Shown here in pieces: positions 1-12,953 of a DNA stretch of 64,000 bases. Source of the DNA: Raillietiella orientalis (lineage: Eukaryota); NCBI GenBank assembly GCA_036172245.1, contig JAYWIR010000001.1, positions 10,044,001 to 10,108,000 on the forward strand, read 5' to 3'. The position numbers were made by a program, and so were the translations under genes. The notes under the pieces are model-generated. The model was not told the DNA's origin. It searched no databases and saw nothing but the letters and a program-made list of their open reading frames with translations. Within the stretch, counting starts at the first letter, position 1. Every line of letters starts with the position of its first letter.

Positions 1-559
1 CAGTGCGCTCCATCGCCCTTCCCTGGTCGCGTAGCGGCCGCCTCCTCAACCCAGTCGTCTGGAAAGCGCCGGTGGGCCGCGTATCCAACGGCCTCACCGG
101 CGTCCCCGCCACGATCGGATGCCGCTGCTGCTCCACGCCGCTGGCATCGCCACCTGTCGGTTGTAGTGGGACCTCCGTTCCCGTGGCTGGTGGAGGGCGG
201 AAGGAAGTGGGTTGGAAGGTCGTCGCCTCGACAGGAGAGAAATGACGTTTTTTTTTTTTTTTCTGCTTACCCCCTCCCTCTTTTTTCCGGAAACACCACG
301 GTGCGGAAGGAAAAGGGGGGTTCCGGGAACAGAGCCGAAAAAAAGCGCGTACACGTGACGCTCCAGAGGATAGGGGGAAATCGGGAGACCCGGGACACCA
401 GCGGCAGTCTCTCCAGAGGAACCGGTGGAAGCACCACCAGGGAGGGAAGCCTCTCTTCCACGGTAGAGCTCTCCCAGTCGGTGGTCCATCCCTACCCCAC
501 CCCACCCAGGAAAGAAAAAACAGGGATCAGCAAGTTGACTACCCCTCCGTTTCCACGGA

Positions 560-737
560 ACGAAGAAGGGGTGGTTCCTACAGGTCACACCCTTAACTTG
601 AAGAGTCAACACGCGCACGCACCCTCGGGGATGGAGTGAACAGTGTTGAGGAGCTTCATGACTCCCCCCCCTTACTTCCTCCCTGAGGAGGCGAACGGCT
701 CTTCAATATTCCTTGAGGACCAGGAAAAAAGAAGAGG
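560..737 (+). mobile_element. SINE-like family 1, 3' fragment
   Basis: Shares the blocks ttgaagagtc..cacgcaccctcggg and cctgagg..gcgaacgg.tcttca..a..ccttgag.acca plus an A-rich tail with the copies at 6405, 17010 and 52995. Confidence 0.6.
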
Positions 738-1524
738 CAAACGTGAACATCCCTGAGTTCTTTCTCGGCCGCGCGCACGCGCACTTACACCCCCGCTGCT
801 GCGTGCACCCCTCTCCCTTCCCCCTTTTTTCAAGGGAAAATTAGAGACGGAAGGGGCGAGGGGGAAAATGAGGACAGGGAGCAAGAGCTCGAGGAGAGTT
901 TAGATCCGCTGCGCCGCATCTCGGGAACCAACCCCGCCCAAGTTTCGCTCCCCGAAGGGAACCCACCGAGAAGAGCCAGTGTCATCTAGCGCCTCCATCT
1001 TTTTCCGGGGATGACCCCGAAGAATCCTCCCGCCACAGCGCCTTCTCCACTCGTCCTACAGGCGGGAAAGGGGTGTTGGGTCCAGGAAGACGACGAGCCC
1101 GAAACAGCAGTGCTCCGGGAGTTCCCCTTCGGCGGAGACCCGCCAGTTTTTTCGACCCCGGGCGCAGGGAGGCGCGCCCGCACTCTGCGTTGCGGCGACC
1201 CCGCGGGTATCAAGTAGCTTCCTCGAGGTTCCTAGGTCGTCTCCCCGCACAGCCGAGCCTCCGGCCCCCGAAGATGGGGAGGGCAGGGTGGGAGGAACGC
1301 GCGGGAAGGGTCCTTTGCGCGCATCCTCCCGCCAATCTCCAAGGGGCACGAACGTCCAGTCAGCCCTGCATCCGGGAACGAGACCACGGGAGGCGGCGGC
1401 TGATGACCAGTTTGAAACCGGCCATTCCCAGGAGACGGCTGCAGATCCCTCCCGGAAGTAACGTCTCAGGTCGAGGTCATCGACTGCGCGTGGGTTGCCC
1501 GCCCACCTGGGAACTCTTGGCCCT

Positions 1525-2250
1525 TTCTCATGGGGTTCACGGAGCTCCCTAACGCTGCCCATCCTGCCCGAAGGTGCGTGTCGACTCTTCACAAGCTGGG
1601 GCACTCCCGGGGAGGGGATCACCCTATGAATCCAGGAAGGGTTCCGGAGGAAGAAATGCTTCCCTTTCGCACTTGAGAGGGAAATCCCGAAGGGAACCCT
1701 CGTCCTGGTTGTTCCCGAAGGAAACCATCTCCCCCCCAAGGAAACTATCTCCCTCTCTCCAAAAGTGACTTCCCAGAGGGGGCAGCTCCTCTTTCTCTTC
1801 CGAGGGGAACCCGGAAAGAATCTGCCCCTGGAATCTCTTCTCCCGAGGGAATCCTCAAAGGAACCGCTTCCGGTTCCGCAGGGAGCGGCGTGCTTCAAAC
1901 ACTCTGGAGAGGCGACCCCCTGAGGGGGGCATCGACCAGCTTAATGGGTATGTACGCTCCAAGGTGTGGCTCCATCTTCGCGACCGGAAGGGAACCCCGA
2001 AGGGCTCCTGGATTCCTAGAAGGATCCCGGAGGGTCAGTTTTCAATCAAGGCCAGTCAACGGGGGTTTCCGGCTTCCACCGCCAGTGCCGCCGCACCCAA
2101 ATAGGCCAGCCAGAGCCATCTTGCGGGGAAGGCTCGAAACCCACGACGTGCCTCTTGTTCTCGGCGTCGATCCTTCCCTCCCCGGGCGGGATTAAAACCC
2201 GTGACGTTCGTTGATGCTGCGCGCGGAGAGACCGCAGCCGCACGGTCTCC
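1525..2250 (-). mobile_element. SINE-like family 1, near full-length copy
   Basis: Ordered conserved blocks on + : ccctatgaatccaggaagg, acactctggagaggc, ggctccatcttc, ccagtcaacgggg, ccagtgccgc, ctcggcgtcgatccttccc, then a degenerate B box gggattaaaaccc. Confidence 0.75.
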
Positions 2251-4103
2251 GGCGCGGGTCAGGGACCGGGAGGAGTGGTGGAGAGATCCGGATGGAGGGT
2301 GGCATCTCTTTTTTCGCCGCCACCGGCGCTTATGCTCAGGGAATCGAAAACCGACCGTAACCTGGGGGTGTACTGGGGACACGTTCCGGGTCAGTGCCAG
2401 GGCACACAACTGCCAGCGAGACTTCGGCCAAACGATGGGCACCCAGGGGAGCGTTTGCATCCTCTCTTCCCCCTCCCCTCAAATACACGATGTGCACCGG
2501 AACTGAACGAATAGCCCATGCCTCGGGGAGTGCTGAGACTAGAAGACGTCACTGCCTTGAGCCCACCTCTGCGCGCTGGCGCCACCTGCCTCGAGCGTGC
2601 TCCGAGAAAGAACGGTTTCCAAGATTCCGTCAGAGGGATTGAGCACGCCTCTCCCCCTCAGGGAGGGCATTTTCGAGGGTGGCCCGGCTGTCGAAAACCA
2701 CCATAAGTCTTAACGCAGGTGGTCGGATCGCAGCCTCCACCACACCCCGGTTCTCCGACTGACGGCAGTTGCTCCTCTCGAGAGACCTCCGTCTCTCTCT
2801 GGGCTTCTCGCAGTAGCATCTAACGTGCCGCGGCCCCGACAGAAAATTGCCGCGGTGACCGCGGGGCAATACGAGGATCCTTGCGAGGGTATAAGAGAGA
2901 CCTCCCTCCCAAAAAGAGCGCGTCGACCCGCCTGTGCTGCTGACCGGCATCGAGCGGAGCCAGGGCAACGGAGCCAGGAAGGTCGGGAGAAGACCTGTCT
3001 CGTCTCGGTGACGCTACCAATCGCGCGGCCGCCGCTGCTGATCCCAGCACACGCGAAGACGCCAGCCTCAGCCCGTTCGAGCTTCATCGATCGCAGCTTC
3101 CATTGTCTTCGATCATCCGCGTTTCCACGCAGGCACCATCCCACTCGTCAGAGGGGGAAAACGCACTACGGGAGAGCTGCGTCGGCACCTCCGGCAACGA
3201 CATCTTCAATCCAGGGCTTGTCCAGCGGGAGACCCGCTTTACGGGGCACGCATCCCGGCGACCCGACGAACGCCACACCTGGAGCGACTGCTCGCACGTG
3301 TGGACATCCTGCCCCCCACCCTCATAGTCCCTTCTTCCCTCACGGGAAGGATGGTGGTCAGCCGACACCCGTCTCCAGGGTGATCTCTTGCTACGCTGCG
3401 CGTGAAAGGGGTGGTGTGCGGGAGGGCGCTCCCGCGATTTGGTGATTATCGACTCCTTCCATCGGACTGTCCATCCTGAGGAGAAGGACGTTTCAGAAGA
3501 ATTCCGAGCTCGCGAGGCACGCTCCTCCTCCCGGTTTCCTCCCGAAATTGGAGTCTTCGACTCCCTAAGCTGTTGATCCACTGCTCCTCTCTCTGCGAAC
3601 AGGAAGGTCTTAGCCTTTTTGCCGAAACAAATGAGGACGAGTGTTTTATCTGGCCAATTGAAGAGGCCCCGCCAGGTTCCACAGAGGCAGTCGATTTGGT
3701 GATGGATGAGCGTCCCAGCGGATAATCCTTGCCCCCAGGAATACTCGGGGCTCTATCGATCGATTTTTCCGAAGCGGAGACGGGGACGAACGCGCGCCTC
3801 TTTGCAGGAGCGCGCGCGGAAGGTCCGCAGTGAGTCCTCCGCGCTTGCCGACGCCAGCCTCCTTCCTTCCTCCGGGAATTCTGCCTCCTCCCCTGAAATC
3901 TCTCCTGACCTCTCCCCCCACCGTTTCCTGCCTCGTTCACGGACGCTTCTCGCTCCGCGGCGGGACGTTTTTTCCTCCGGTCTCCCTTCGAAATCTCCCG
4001 CCTCGAAGAGGGAACGCGCGCGTCGCTCCCCGAGACGGCGCCCCGAACTTCCCCCGGTATCTCGGACAACCGGACCGGTTGGCGGGAGGGGCTCGTTCCT
4101 TAC

Positions 4104-4533
4104 CTCGTAAAGGCACGAATATGTTCAAGTACAAGCAGTCCTCGCTCTGATTAGACAGCTGCTTCTTGATTCTCTTCAGGCGGAGGTACGTCTCCTGGGG
4201 CATGAGCCGCAGGGCTTCCGTTTCGTTCGAGATGTCGGGAATGTTCTGCATGCACACCGGCTTGTAATAGTCCACTATATTTAAGCCGTCCCAGGGCGGG
4301 GGGGTCACAGGGGGAACGAAGCGCAGGTCGAGGACGGGAGGGGTCGCGTACGGGACGCCGAGGTAAATCTCCACGGAGCTCGAGAACGGTTTGGGCATGG
4401 TCTTCACGAACCCCATCAGCTTCCCGTACTTGGTCTCGATTATCCTGCTGTCTCCAAAGCTGAGGTCGCAGCCTGTCCGTTTAGCCATGATAATCACCAT
4501 CATATTCAACTGGACCAAAACGCTGGCTCTCAT
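4104..4533 (-). CDS. Nlg: Neuroligin-family gene B, first coding exon (signal peptide plus N-terminus of the carboxylesterase-like ectodomain); gene continues beyond the left edge
   Basis: ATG at 4533. Translation RIIETKYGKLMG...VEIYLGVPYATPPVLDLRFVPP...PVCMQNIPDISNETEALRLMP...LSNQSEDCLYLNIFVP has the type-B carboxylesterase EDCLYLN signature and the arthropod neuroligin PDIxNxTxALxxMP insert. Similarity stops at a canonical donor GAG|gtaagg (intron starts at 4103, phase 1). Paralog identity not determined. Confidence 0.93.
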
Positions 4534-6404
4534 GTTAAGACGGGACTTTCGACGGGCTCCAGGTGGGAATGTTGGCGAGCGATGTCCACCCAGGAGGTAT
4601 CACCATCTTGGTCCGCGGAAGGTTTCCGTCCGTGGCTTCGAGAGAGAGGCATCTGGAATGGGGAGCAGGGAGGAAGAAAAAAAGTCAGCTAGGACATTCC
4701 CTATGTGCCCCGGAGGAGGAGGAGGAGGAAGAAGGGAACGTCAGTTTGAAAAGTTTCGCTCCAGGAAGCGCTCGTCGTGGAAATAGCATTCGGGATCGCT
4801 AACAAAGGGTTCAATCAAGAAGTTTCCATGGTTTCCTTAGAGTTTAATTTTTTCTTTTTACTTCCCCGCGTATCTAATCATGGCTTCCATTTTTGTTTTG
4901 CCGCGTGTCGCATATTGTTCTCCTGCACACCCTACATTGCAGCTTCCGCACACATGCATATATTCATTTGCACATTTGAATACGAGGCAATCTACATCTC
5001 TGAATGGGTAGTCATCAACTTTTGGCCCCCGGAAAAAGAAAAGAAATGGGAAAGCCGAACGGCAGTGCTCAACGGGAAAGATCGTGCCCTCCATCGTTCA
5101 GACTGCCTTCATCAATCAGACTTCTCTGCTGGCACTGGATGCAAGTATAACCGAGACGGTTCTGCAGACTGAAGGGTGCGACAAGAGTGGTAACCTTGGA
5201 AACCTCTACGGACGCTTGTTTAGGAAGAAGAAGAAGAAGCAAAAGAAGAAAGGCATCTAATTATTCCGTAAGCCGAACATCCAAGAGCTCAACCAAACAG
5301 GATGGTTTTGCAGAGCTCCATATCTTATCGGAGAGCGAGGGACGCAGGGGTGAAGGATTAAGCGAGGGAAGACGCGAGGATGGAGAATGACAACCCTGGA
5401 AACGGCCGGATTACAGAACACGAATTTCCACGTTCGGTCAGATCGAAACGGACGGACCTTCTCCCTAGCAACGGGCATGGGCCTCAGAGGATGCTCACGA
5501 GAACTCGGCTCGCTGACGCGCACCCGTTGCCCGAAGCGGGCAAGATGGAGAAAGGAAGCTTTCCCCTTTTGAGTTCCGTCCCGTTTCACCCAGGCTTCCT
5601 TCGCGCGGGGTACCCGTCGCCGTAGCCTGCGAATCACGTGCTCCCTGGACTCACCGCCGCGCACCCGCTACCCGGCTGGCGGGAACCTCCCTGAGGTCAG
5701 GGTCTCCCGGGCCGTCCCGGAGCAGATGCCTTGCAAAGAAAACGCGATCGGACCTCGGCCGGGGAGTTCCGGACCTCCTCCGCCTTCCCGTGAGAGACAG
5801 TTCACGTTCCCGGGCGCACCTGCTAATTAATACACGTTCCGTCCCATGAAAGTTCCCGGGGGAAAATGAACTTGAACATCCCAAAGTTGAACTTCTGCAA
5901 CTTTCAAGGCTGGGAAGACGAGATAACGCGCGCCTAATGAGGTGTAATCAGTGTTTTTCGAGAGGAGGAGGTTCCGGAGGAGGAGATCAGATCAGACCAC
6001 GTCGGAGGACCAACAGCACCGGCGTTTCGAGAGCCGTTAAATTTTCTGTTTTAGGGCTCCGCTGCCGCGAAGGAATCCGGAAGAAGGCGGGTTGGTTCGA
6101 CGTTTGTCCCTGAGGAATCAGGGGCTGCAGGGAGGCGGGGGAGGCATCCCTCGATCCTGTGGAAGACGAGCGCAAGAGACGTTCTTGAGAGAGGCAAAGC
6201 CGTTTACCCGCAAGCCATCCCGTAGAGCAACAGGCCGTTCCAGCAGCCGGATGGGGAAACGATGCTAGCGCTCCATGCGGCATTCGCGCGCGGATGTTTT
6301 TTTGCCTTGAGGTACGCGCGCGCGCGCGCGAGACTGCAAAAAGGGGACCTACGGATGGGTGGAGCAGGTGCGACATTTGCTCATCCTACCACGCGCTCCC
6401 CGAA

Positions 6405-6945
6405 ACGCCGAGTGGTTTACCCGCGCGGCTGCGGTCTCCACGCACGGCACCCAACGTCGCGGGTTCGAATCTCTCCGGGGAAGGTCGGCGCCGAGAAATG
6501 AGGGTGTCGCTCCGCGGGTTTCGAGATTCCCTCGCAGGATGACGCTGACTGGTGTATTTGGGTGCGGTGGCACTGGTGGAATCCGGAACCCGGATGCTCC
6601 AGTTGACTGGACGAGATTGGAGGTTGACCTTCCGGGGTCATTGCAAGAACTACGGAGCCGGTTTTCTTTGGAGTTCCCCACTGGTCGCGAAGATGGAGCT
6701 GTACCATGAAGCCGGCTGATACCCCTCTTGAGGGTTGCCTCTATAGAGTTTAAACAGCGCGCTGTTCCCTTCAGGGAAGCGACTTTCAGAGAAATTCGGA
6801 AGCGTTCGTTCGAGGTTCTCTTCAGAGGCAGGAACAAGAAGCTGTTTCCTTGTGAGACTGCCCTTCCTGAGGGAGCGAACGGTAACTTCAGTACCCCTTG
6901 GGAACCAAAAAAAAGAAACAAAGCTGGAAGGAAAGCAGCGAGAGT
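6405..6945 (+). mobile_element. SINE-like family 1 copy (opposite orientation, internally deleted)
   Basis: Head with gggttcgaatctctccgggga (Pol III B box / T-arm like), body gggtgcggtggcactggtggaatccggaacccggatgctccagttgactgg, tail cttcagtaccccttgggaaccaaaaaaaagaaa. Confidence 0.75.
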
Positions 6946-8839
6946 AGAAGAATCCCAGAGGCGTTCCAGAATCCTAAGCCAATCGTAACGACATCCCCTT
7001 GAAATCTCGACTGGCCTTAAGAAAAATAAAATAAAATAAACAGGAGGATTTTCGGGTCTTCAGGGACAGAAGAATCAGTTGCCCATCCGCCGTTCGGTAT
7101 CCTCCTTCTGCAGGTGGACCTATAGACCCACCCGGCATCCCCCCCATTTAAAGACCACTTTCGAACGGTGACCACTCGATGCGCCTCGCCACATTGGGAA
7201 GCGCGAAAGCTGCAAGCAGCACGCGGCGCAGCACGCGACACAGCACGTGATAGGAGTTTCCCTTTTATCCGGCCTCAGAACGGGTTCAGGGAACGCTCTG
7301 CTCCCGATCGCCGATCAGATCGGGTAATCGCGTCCTGTCCGGAGGCACGCACGCGTGAACAAAACCAATTTCTTTTTTGTTGCGTACGCACCCATGGTTA
7401 CTGCTCTTGCGACGAGGATAAAAAATCCTGCGAGCCCAAGTAGTGTGGCACGGAGCTGCAGGATTCAAACGTGGTCCTTTCCTGGAGCCCGTCGCAGTCC
7501 GACTGGGATCAGGGGGCAAGCGTGTCACTACGAGTGTCTCGGACGAAGGAATGGGTCACAGAAGAGCTTGCCGAACCAGGTCCCCTGGTGCAGCACGAAC
7601 GGCTGCAACAGTCCCTCTTCCTCACTCGTTGTCTTCAAGACACCAAGGACGCTCGCACGTTCAAGTGTTTTTGACTGCAGAGCCCCCGAGAGTCTGCAGA
7701 GAACCGTCGCGGTGTCGCAGCTCTTACAGCCGGCCAATGCGATGCAGGGAGGGAGAGGGAATTTTCGCTCCTCTAAAAGTCCTGCCTTGAGGTGGGTGCT
7801 TACTCCGAGCGTGCGGCTCTCTCCCTCTTGAAAGCCAAGTGCCCGAGAAGGCCATTGCAGGAGGAGCTCCCGGTTGACACACGAAAAGGGTGACCCATTT
7901 GTCTACCTGAGCGGGTGTGCTAGTTCCCGTTCCTTCGGAGAGAGAACAAATCTGTGGGAGAGACACATTTGGCTCAACGAGGAAAACTTTTTTTTCCTTT
8001 TTTTTTTCCTCATCCATCAGAGTTCGCCGCGTTTCCCAGAGTTGCAGCCATTTTTCACGTTGCCACGGGAGATCGCAAACTGCGCTGTTCGGGATCCGTC
8101 AAGTGGATTGGTAGCTGCTGCGAATCGAGGATAAGGAACGCGTCTCAGGAAGACAAAGAAGCGAGGCTGCGCGTGGCCCCTAGACGTCACGCCACTTGAA
8201 TCTTTGCTCGTGGTTCCGGAAGCGGGCGGCTGCAAGTGAGCCGCGCGCCAACACCACTGGCCCCACTTCACATCAGTCACCAGCATCGCATCTGGTGATC
8301 GCAACGGGAATAGGAATCCTCTTCCGCTTCAGCTTCTGCGGCAATTTCGTTTCCGGCCACGCCTCTCTGGTCTTCGCCACCAACCGGCTCCTTGCCAAGA
8401 GCGCATTGTCTCCTTCACAGAAGGGATCGGAGGAGACTAGGATTTTCTTCAGAGTGCGATCCAAGTCAGAGGGAGCTGCATCTTTCCTCTAGGAGCAGGA
8501 GCGGTCCGGAAGTCGAGACTCCCGCTGCAAGCATTCTGGAAGGCGTTCCGTCGGAGGGAAAGCATCCTGCTGTCATCAGGACCAATTTTTCCCGTGTTTC
8601 TCGGCGGCGTTGTGCCCGGGAATTCTCCTCGGCAGAAGGCACGTCGTCTGGTCCTCGATTTCTTGGCTCCCAAGGGGACATAGGAGTCTCATGGATCCAC
8701 AAATGTTGTCCGAGACCTCGAGCTGACTGTGGACCGCATGCTTCAGTTTCCACGGGAGTGGCACGTTGATTAGCTTCCTCTGATTGCAGCTGTAACCTCC
8801 GAAGACGGTTTTTTTGGGGAAGAAGGGGGGGAAGGGTTC

Positions 8840-9075
8840 GCCTAGTGCTGAAGGACCATCCGCCTCCTGAGGGGTACCGGAGAAGCTCAGCGATGTCATC
8901 ACGTGATGGTTCACAGAGCTCTTTGAGCACTGCCAACACCACCCGAGATTGCGTGTGACTCAAGGGATGGACCACCCTAATTAACCCAGAAAGGCTCCAA
9001 GGAAAGAGTCTGCTCCTCTTACTCTTCGAAGGAAACCTATGATCCGCGATCCTCCGTGCTGGAGTCCCCATTCTT
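8840..9075 (-). mobile_element. SINE-like family 1, 3' fragment
   Basis: gtgctgaaggaccatccgcctcctgagggg and tcacagagctctttgagcactgcc..cacccgaga.tgcgtg match the tail blocks of the other copies. Confidence 0.5.
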
Positions 9076-12000
9076 AGTCGTGGGAGATTTCGTTCGACCT
9101 AATTCTGTGGAGTCTTCGCGATCAGGAGCCAGGGAGGTGCCCACGGCGTCTGTCTTCCTGGAGAAAGTGAAGACCAGTCTCCATCGTTTCCTGGGATCGC
9201 ACGCCTTGGATTATCCCTTGAGGTAGCAACGGAGACCATCCTGAATCGCCCACTTTTTTTCATTTCTGACACTCGCGTTCGGGAGCCGAACGAGGTGCGA
9301 GGAGAAGTGTAGAGAAACAGCCCCATGTAGAACCCCCCCCCCCACACTCGGGACGGAGACGCCCTCCTCGTTCCTCGACGTCTTTTCCTTTCAGCCACCT
9401 TTGACATGGTTTACGAACTCACCTCGCACCGAGGGGCGAGCTGAATGTTTCCGAGATTCTCTTGCAAGATCATGGTTACATCGGAACCCGGCTTATGGGC
9501 TTGCTGACTGCTCCTAGGAGGGTGGGTCTTCCGCGGAGGTCCGTGGGTCTCCCGAAAGAGATGCTGATCCAAGCAATCCTGGTGGTCCTCTAGAAATCCG
9601 CTCTACCTTTTCCTTCCCGTCAGAGCTCCCGCATCTACTTGAAGGCTTCTTTTCTTCACTCCTGTCTGGGCAGGGTTGATCCTGCGCTCGCAGTGACCAC
9701 CATAGCGCTTTAAGAAGGCAGCACTTGCCACCTGAGAGCTTCACGGCGGCAGAGACGCTCGCCAGCTTCCTCAGATTGGTGACGGAGTCTGTGGTCTCTG
9801 AGGCCTGGTCCTTGGCATCGCCTCATTCCCAAAGATGATGGAGCGCCGACCACCTCCGTCGCCCTAAGCCCAGGGACGGGGTTCAGTCTTGCGACCAGTC
9901 AAGGACACACCGCGCACACGCGCATCCTGCAGGAAGAGAGGGGGGAAACTCGGGCGGGTTTCCAACTGAAAACGCAGGAACGTTTCCATGGAGCTTCAGC
10001 AGTGCTCCGCCTCGCCCTCCTCCTCTCGGGTCGGAGAGGGGTCCTGCTGGAGAGGAACCTTTGAGTAGAAGGGCACCTGCTGCGGGTTCCCAAGAAGGCA
10101 CAGCACCGAGGAGGAGGATGGTCCCTCAGGCATCGTTGGTTCCGCAGGAATGTCCTCCGGCATATGACGGAGTGCTACCGTCCCTACCCCTCGTCTCTTC
10201 CTTATCCGGACATCCTTTTTCTGGATGCTCTGCTCTCCCCTCTCTCCCTCTCATCCACGCGAATGACGCGCACGCGGCATCAAGAAAGTCCCCACCCACT
10301 CTCGGGACGTGTTTCTTCGTGAGAGATGCGCAGCCTCTACGAAGGGGTAGGTAAGGATGCCATAGCCAGAGCTGCGGGCAACTCGTCTTCCCTTTATTTC
10401 CCCCTTTCCTGAGGCTCAACGCCGAACGAATCGTCCGGAAAAAATTCACTCTCTTCCCTCCTTCGGGAGAGATCGGGATTCGACGGCACTTGCGTATCGC
10501 AGATCCGGAAAGGACCGTTGTGCTCCCGTCTCCTCTCGGATGTCAGAGCGAGGCCCTTCCAGCTGTCGGGATGGGGGCCCAAGGCACTGAAAGCGAGGCA
10601 TAGGGGCGGCTTGAGGACCTAGAGACCCGCGTTTCCTTCCTGGATCGCCGCGGGACTTACCGAACCGCCGGGAGCCGCTCGCGTCAGGCATCCATCCGTG
10701 GTGTCCGCCGTGAAGCCCCGCCCCAGGCGGTAACGAGAGTCACCTGGTCCATTCCACAGCGAGGAGAGAGCCCTCGCAGTGGGAGAATGGAGGGGTCTTC
10801 TCCGTCCCCTCACCGATTTTTGGAGCTCCGGGAACGTCCGGGAAAGAGGCGAGGAACGTTGGATCTAGCGGGCGCGAGAGCGTAATTCTCGTCGCTACGC
10901 GTCGGAGCTGCGCGGATACGAGGAGTCTGGGAGGCGGTCCATGGTAACCGAACCCGAGAGACCTCGGCGGGAAGGAGTGGGCGGCAGCGGCGCCGCTGAT
11001 TCGCTGCGGACCTACCGCGGGACCGAAGGTTTGCGAAGGGCGGTCAGCGAGGGTCAGCTCGATACCCACCGTCCCGAAAGGGAGCAATAGGATGGAAATG
11101 CACCTCGAGTTTTCCTTGCAGGGACCGTTGGAGTCTCTCGGGACTACTCCAGCGCCAGAAAGGAAGGAGCGAGGTTCGAAGCGGTGAGGAGGAGACGGTC
11201 TGGCAACACTGCTCATTCGATGGATATGCGACGTTCTGGCCGCCCCTCTCACCCTTAGCAGCGCCTGAAACTGGTGGATCGGCCAGGTCCATGTCCACAC
11301 TGCCAAGCGGACGTTGACCGCGTAGCCGGGAAACGCCGGCGGCGCTCGAGGAAGCAGCCGAGGTCGCCAGCAGCAGGCAGGACGGAGGCTCCCTCCTTCT
11401 CCTCCTCTGCCCTCAGCGAGCCTTCTCCTCGCAAAGAGGCGTTTCTGTTAACGGCAGCTCCATCCTTTTGGCCGCAGGATTCCCGGATGGCGGCGGCTCG
11501 TCTCAACGCAACGGCCGTCCGGCCTGGGAACTCCTACACACGGCGCTCCTCATCCGCAGCAAACGCGTCCTTCCCGCTCATGGGAGAGGGTTTCTAGATG
11601 CTGAGGTATACCCTCTCTGCCTTCCAGCGGAGGGGAGGGCAGCCGGCCACAGGAAGCCCCAAACCTTCCCGGTTCCGCTCGTGTGTCCCGACATCCCGCT
11701 GTCGAGAACGGGAGCTGGGCGTCCTTCTATAGTCCCCTGCCGGCTGGAGCTGGCAGGAGGCGCCTCTGCTTGCGGCCGCAGGCGGACTCGACCGGGAAGG
11801 GCTTCCCGCGGGGACTAGCGGCGCAGGAAGGGAAGCGCTTTCGTGGAGCGTTCATCCGCAGTCGGCCAGGAGGGGTCGGTCCTCGTTGCCGGCTCTTCCT
11901 GTCTGCTTCGGTCAGACGGAGCAAAAGAGGGCTCTCCTATTCTTCACCGCGCAACATCGAGAAACCGGGGAAGATTTCCGAGCAGGAAGAGAGGATGTTG

Positions 12001-12657
12001 CGCGACTCAGCTCCTGAGATCATTGAAGAGGAGCGCTTGCCGGCCGTCTCTCCCAGAGGCTTCTGTGACCAGGGGCACCTTCTGGGAACAGACCGAACCC
12101 GGAAGAGGCTTTCTCTTGCTTGCTTTTCATCCGTTTTTGTTTTTAAACCATCCTGTGGGTATTGACTTTGATGCTGCACGCCCGCATCAACGTTGTGGTC
12201 GTGCAATCCCAGATTTGGCCTCGGGAGGGAGTCGCATCTTTATTTACACCGCAGCGCTTCTCTCCAAACTCAGAAAGGCCTCCGAGATCGATTCAGCATC
12301 CCTGAGAATAAGGGTGATGGTGGCTTCCGCTGAGCTAAAGATCATCATGCCAAGAGAGGACTTGTCGGGGTTATGCGCTTCTGCAGCCCCTTCCGAATTC
12401 CCCGATGCCGTCCATGACGCGACGCGCGTCCCTCGGTAATCTCGAGAGGGCGAATATGAACGCACCCTGGGCGAGACTGGAGCTCCATCTATTGATTTTC
12501 CCCGACATTTTACCAAGGCGACTCTTTCGAAAGTAGCTTTTTCCGAAACGCGAAAGACGAAGGGTCTTCAGTTCCAAAATCGGATCTGACAGATGAGAGG
12601 ATGCCGAGGTGGGAAAGAAATGGTTCACATCTTCGAGCTTAACGTGAGAGAGAAGCG

Positions 12658-12839
12658 CCAGTGAGCTGTCAGGGAAAGCAAACTGAAGGAGGATGAGCCT
12701 AACAACCTGTCTGCTCTGTAAACAAATGAAGAAGCTGTTTCAGATGTCCTCACAACACGATTAAGAAGAAACCTTTACCACGGAGGCGAAGATCAGTAGG
12801 GCACAGATAAGTAACTTGGAATGATGACAAGAAGGAAGA
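12658..12839 (+). repeat. Direct duplication, copy 1 (partner at 14268-14449)
   Basis: 12658-12806 is identical to 14268-14416 (149 bp, offset 1610), followed by ~30 bp with a few substitutions. Confidence 0.97.
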
Positions 12840-12953
12840 AGAAAAAAGGAAAAGGAGGAGGAGAAAAGAAAGAAGGAAGGAAGGATGAGAAAGAGGAAGG
12901 AAAGGAGAAAGAGAAAAGGACGAGGAAGAGAAGGAAAGGAGGAGGAGGAGGGG
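12826..12953 (+). repeat. Polypurine (GAA/GGA) low-complexity tract
   Basis: Almost pure A/G run; similar tracts at ~14440-14530 and ~16385-16490. Confidence 0.9.

Noticed and set aside
3937..4103. C-terminal extension of ORF 3937-4533 (GKERAPPANRSG...)
   Set aside because: Read-through into the intron past the gtaagg donor; neuroligin similarity ends at IFVPLR.
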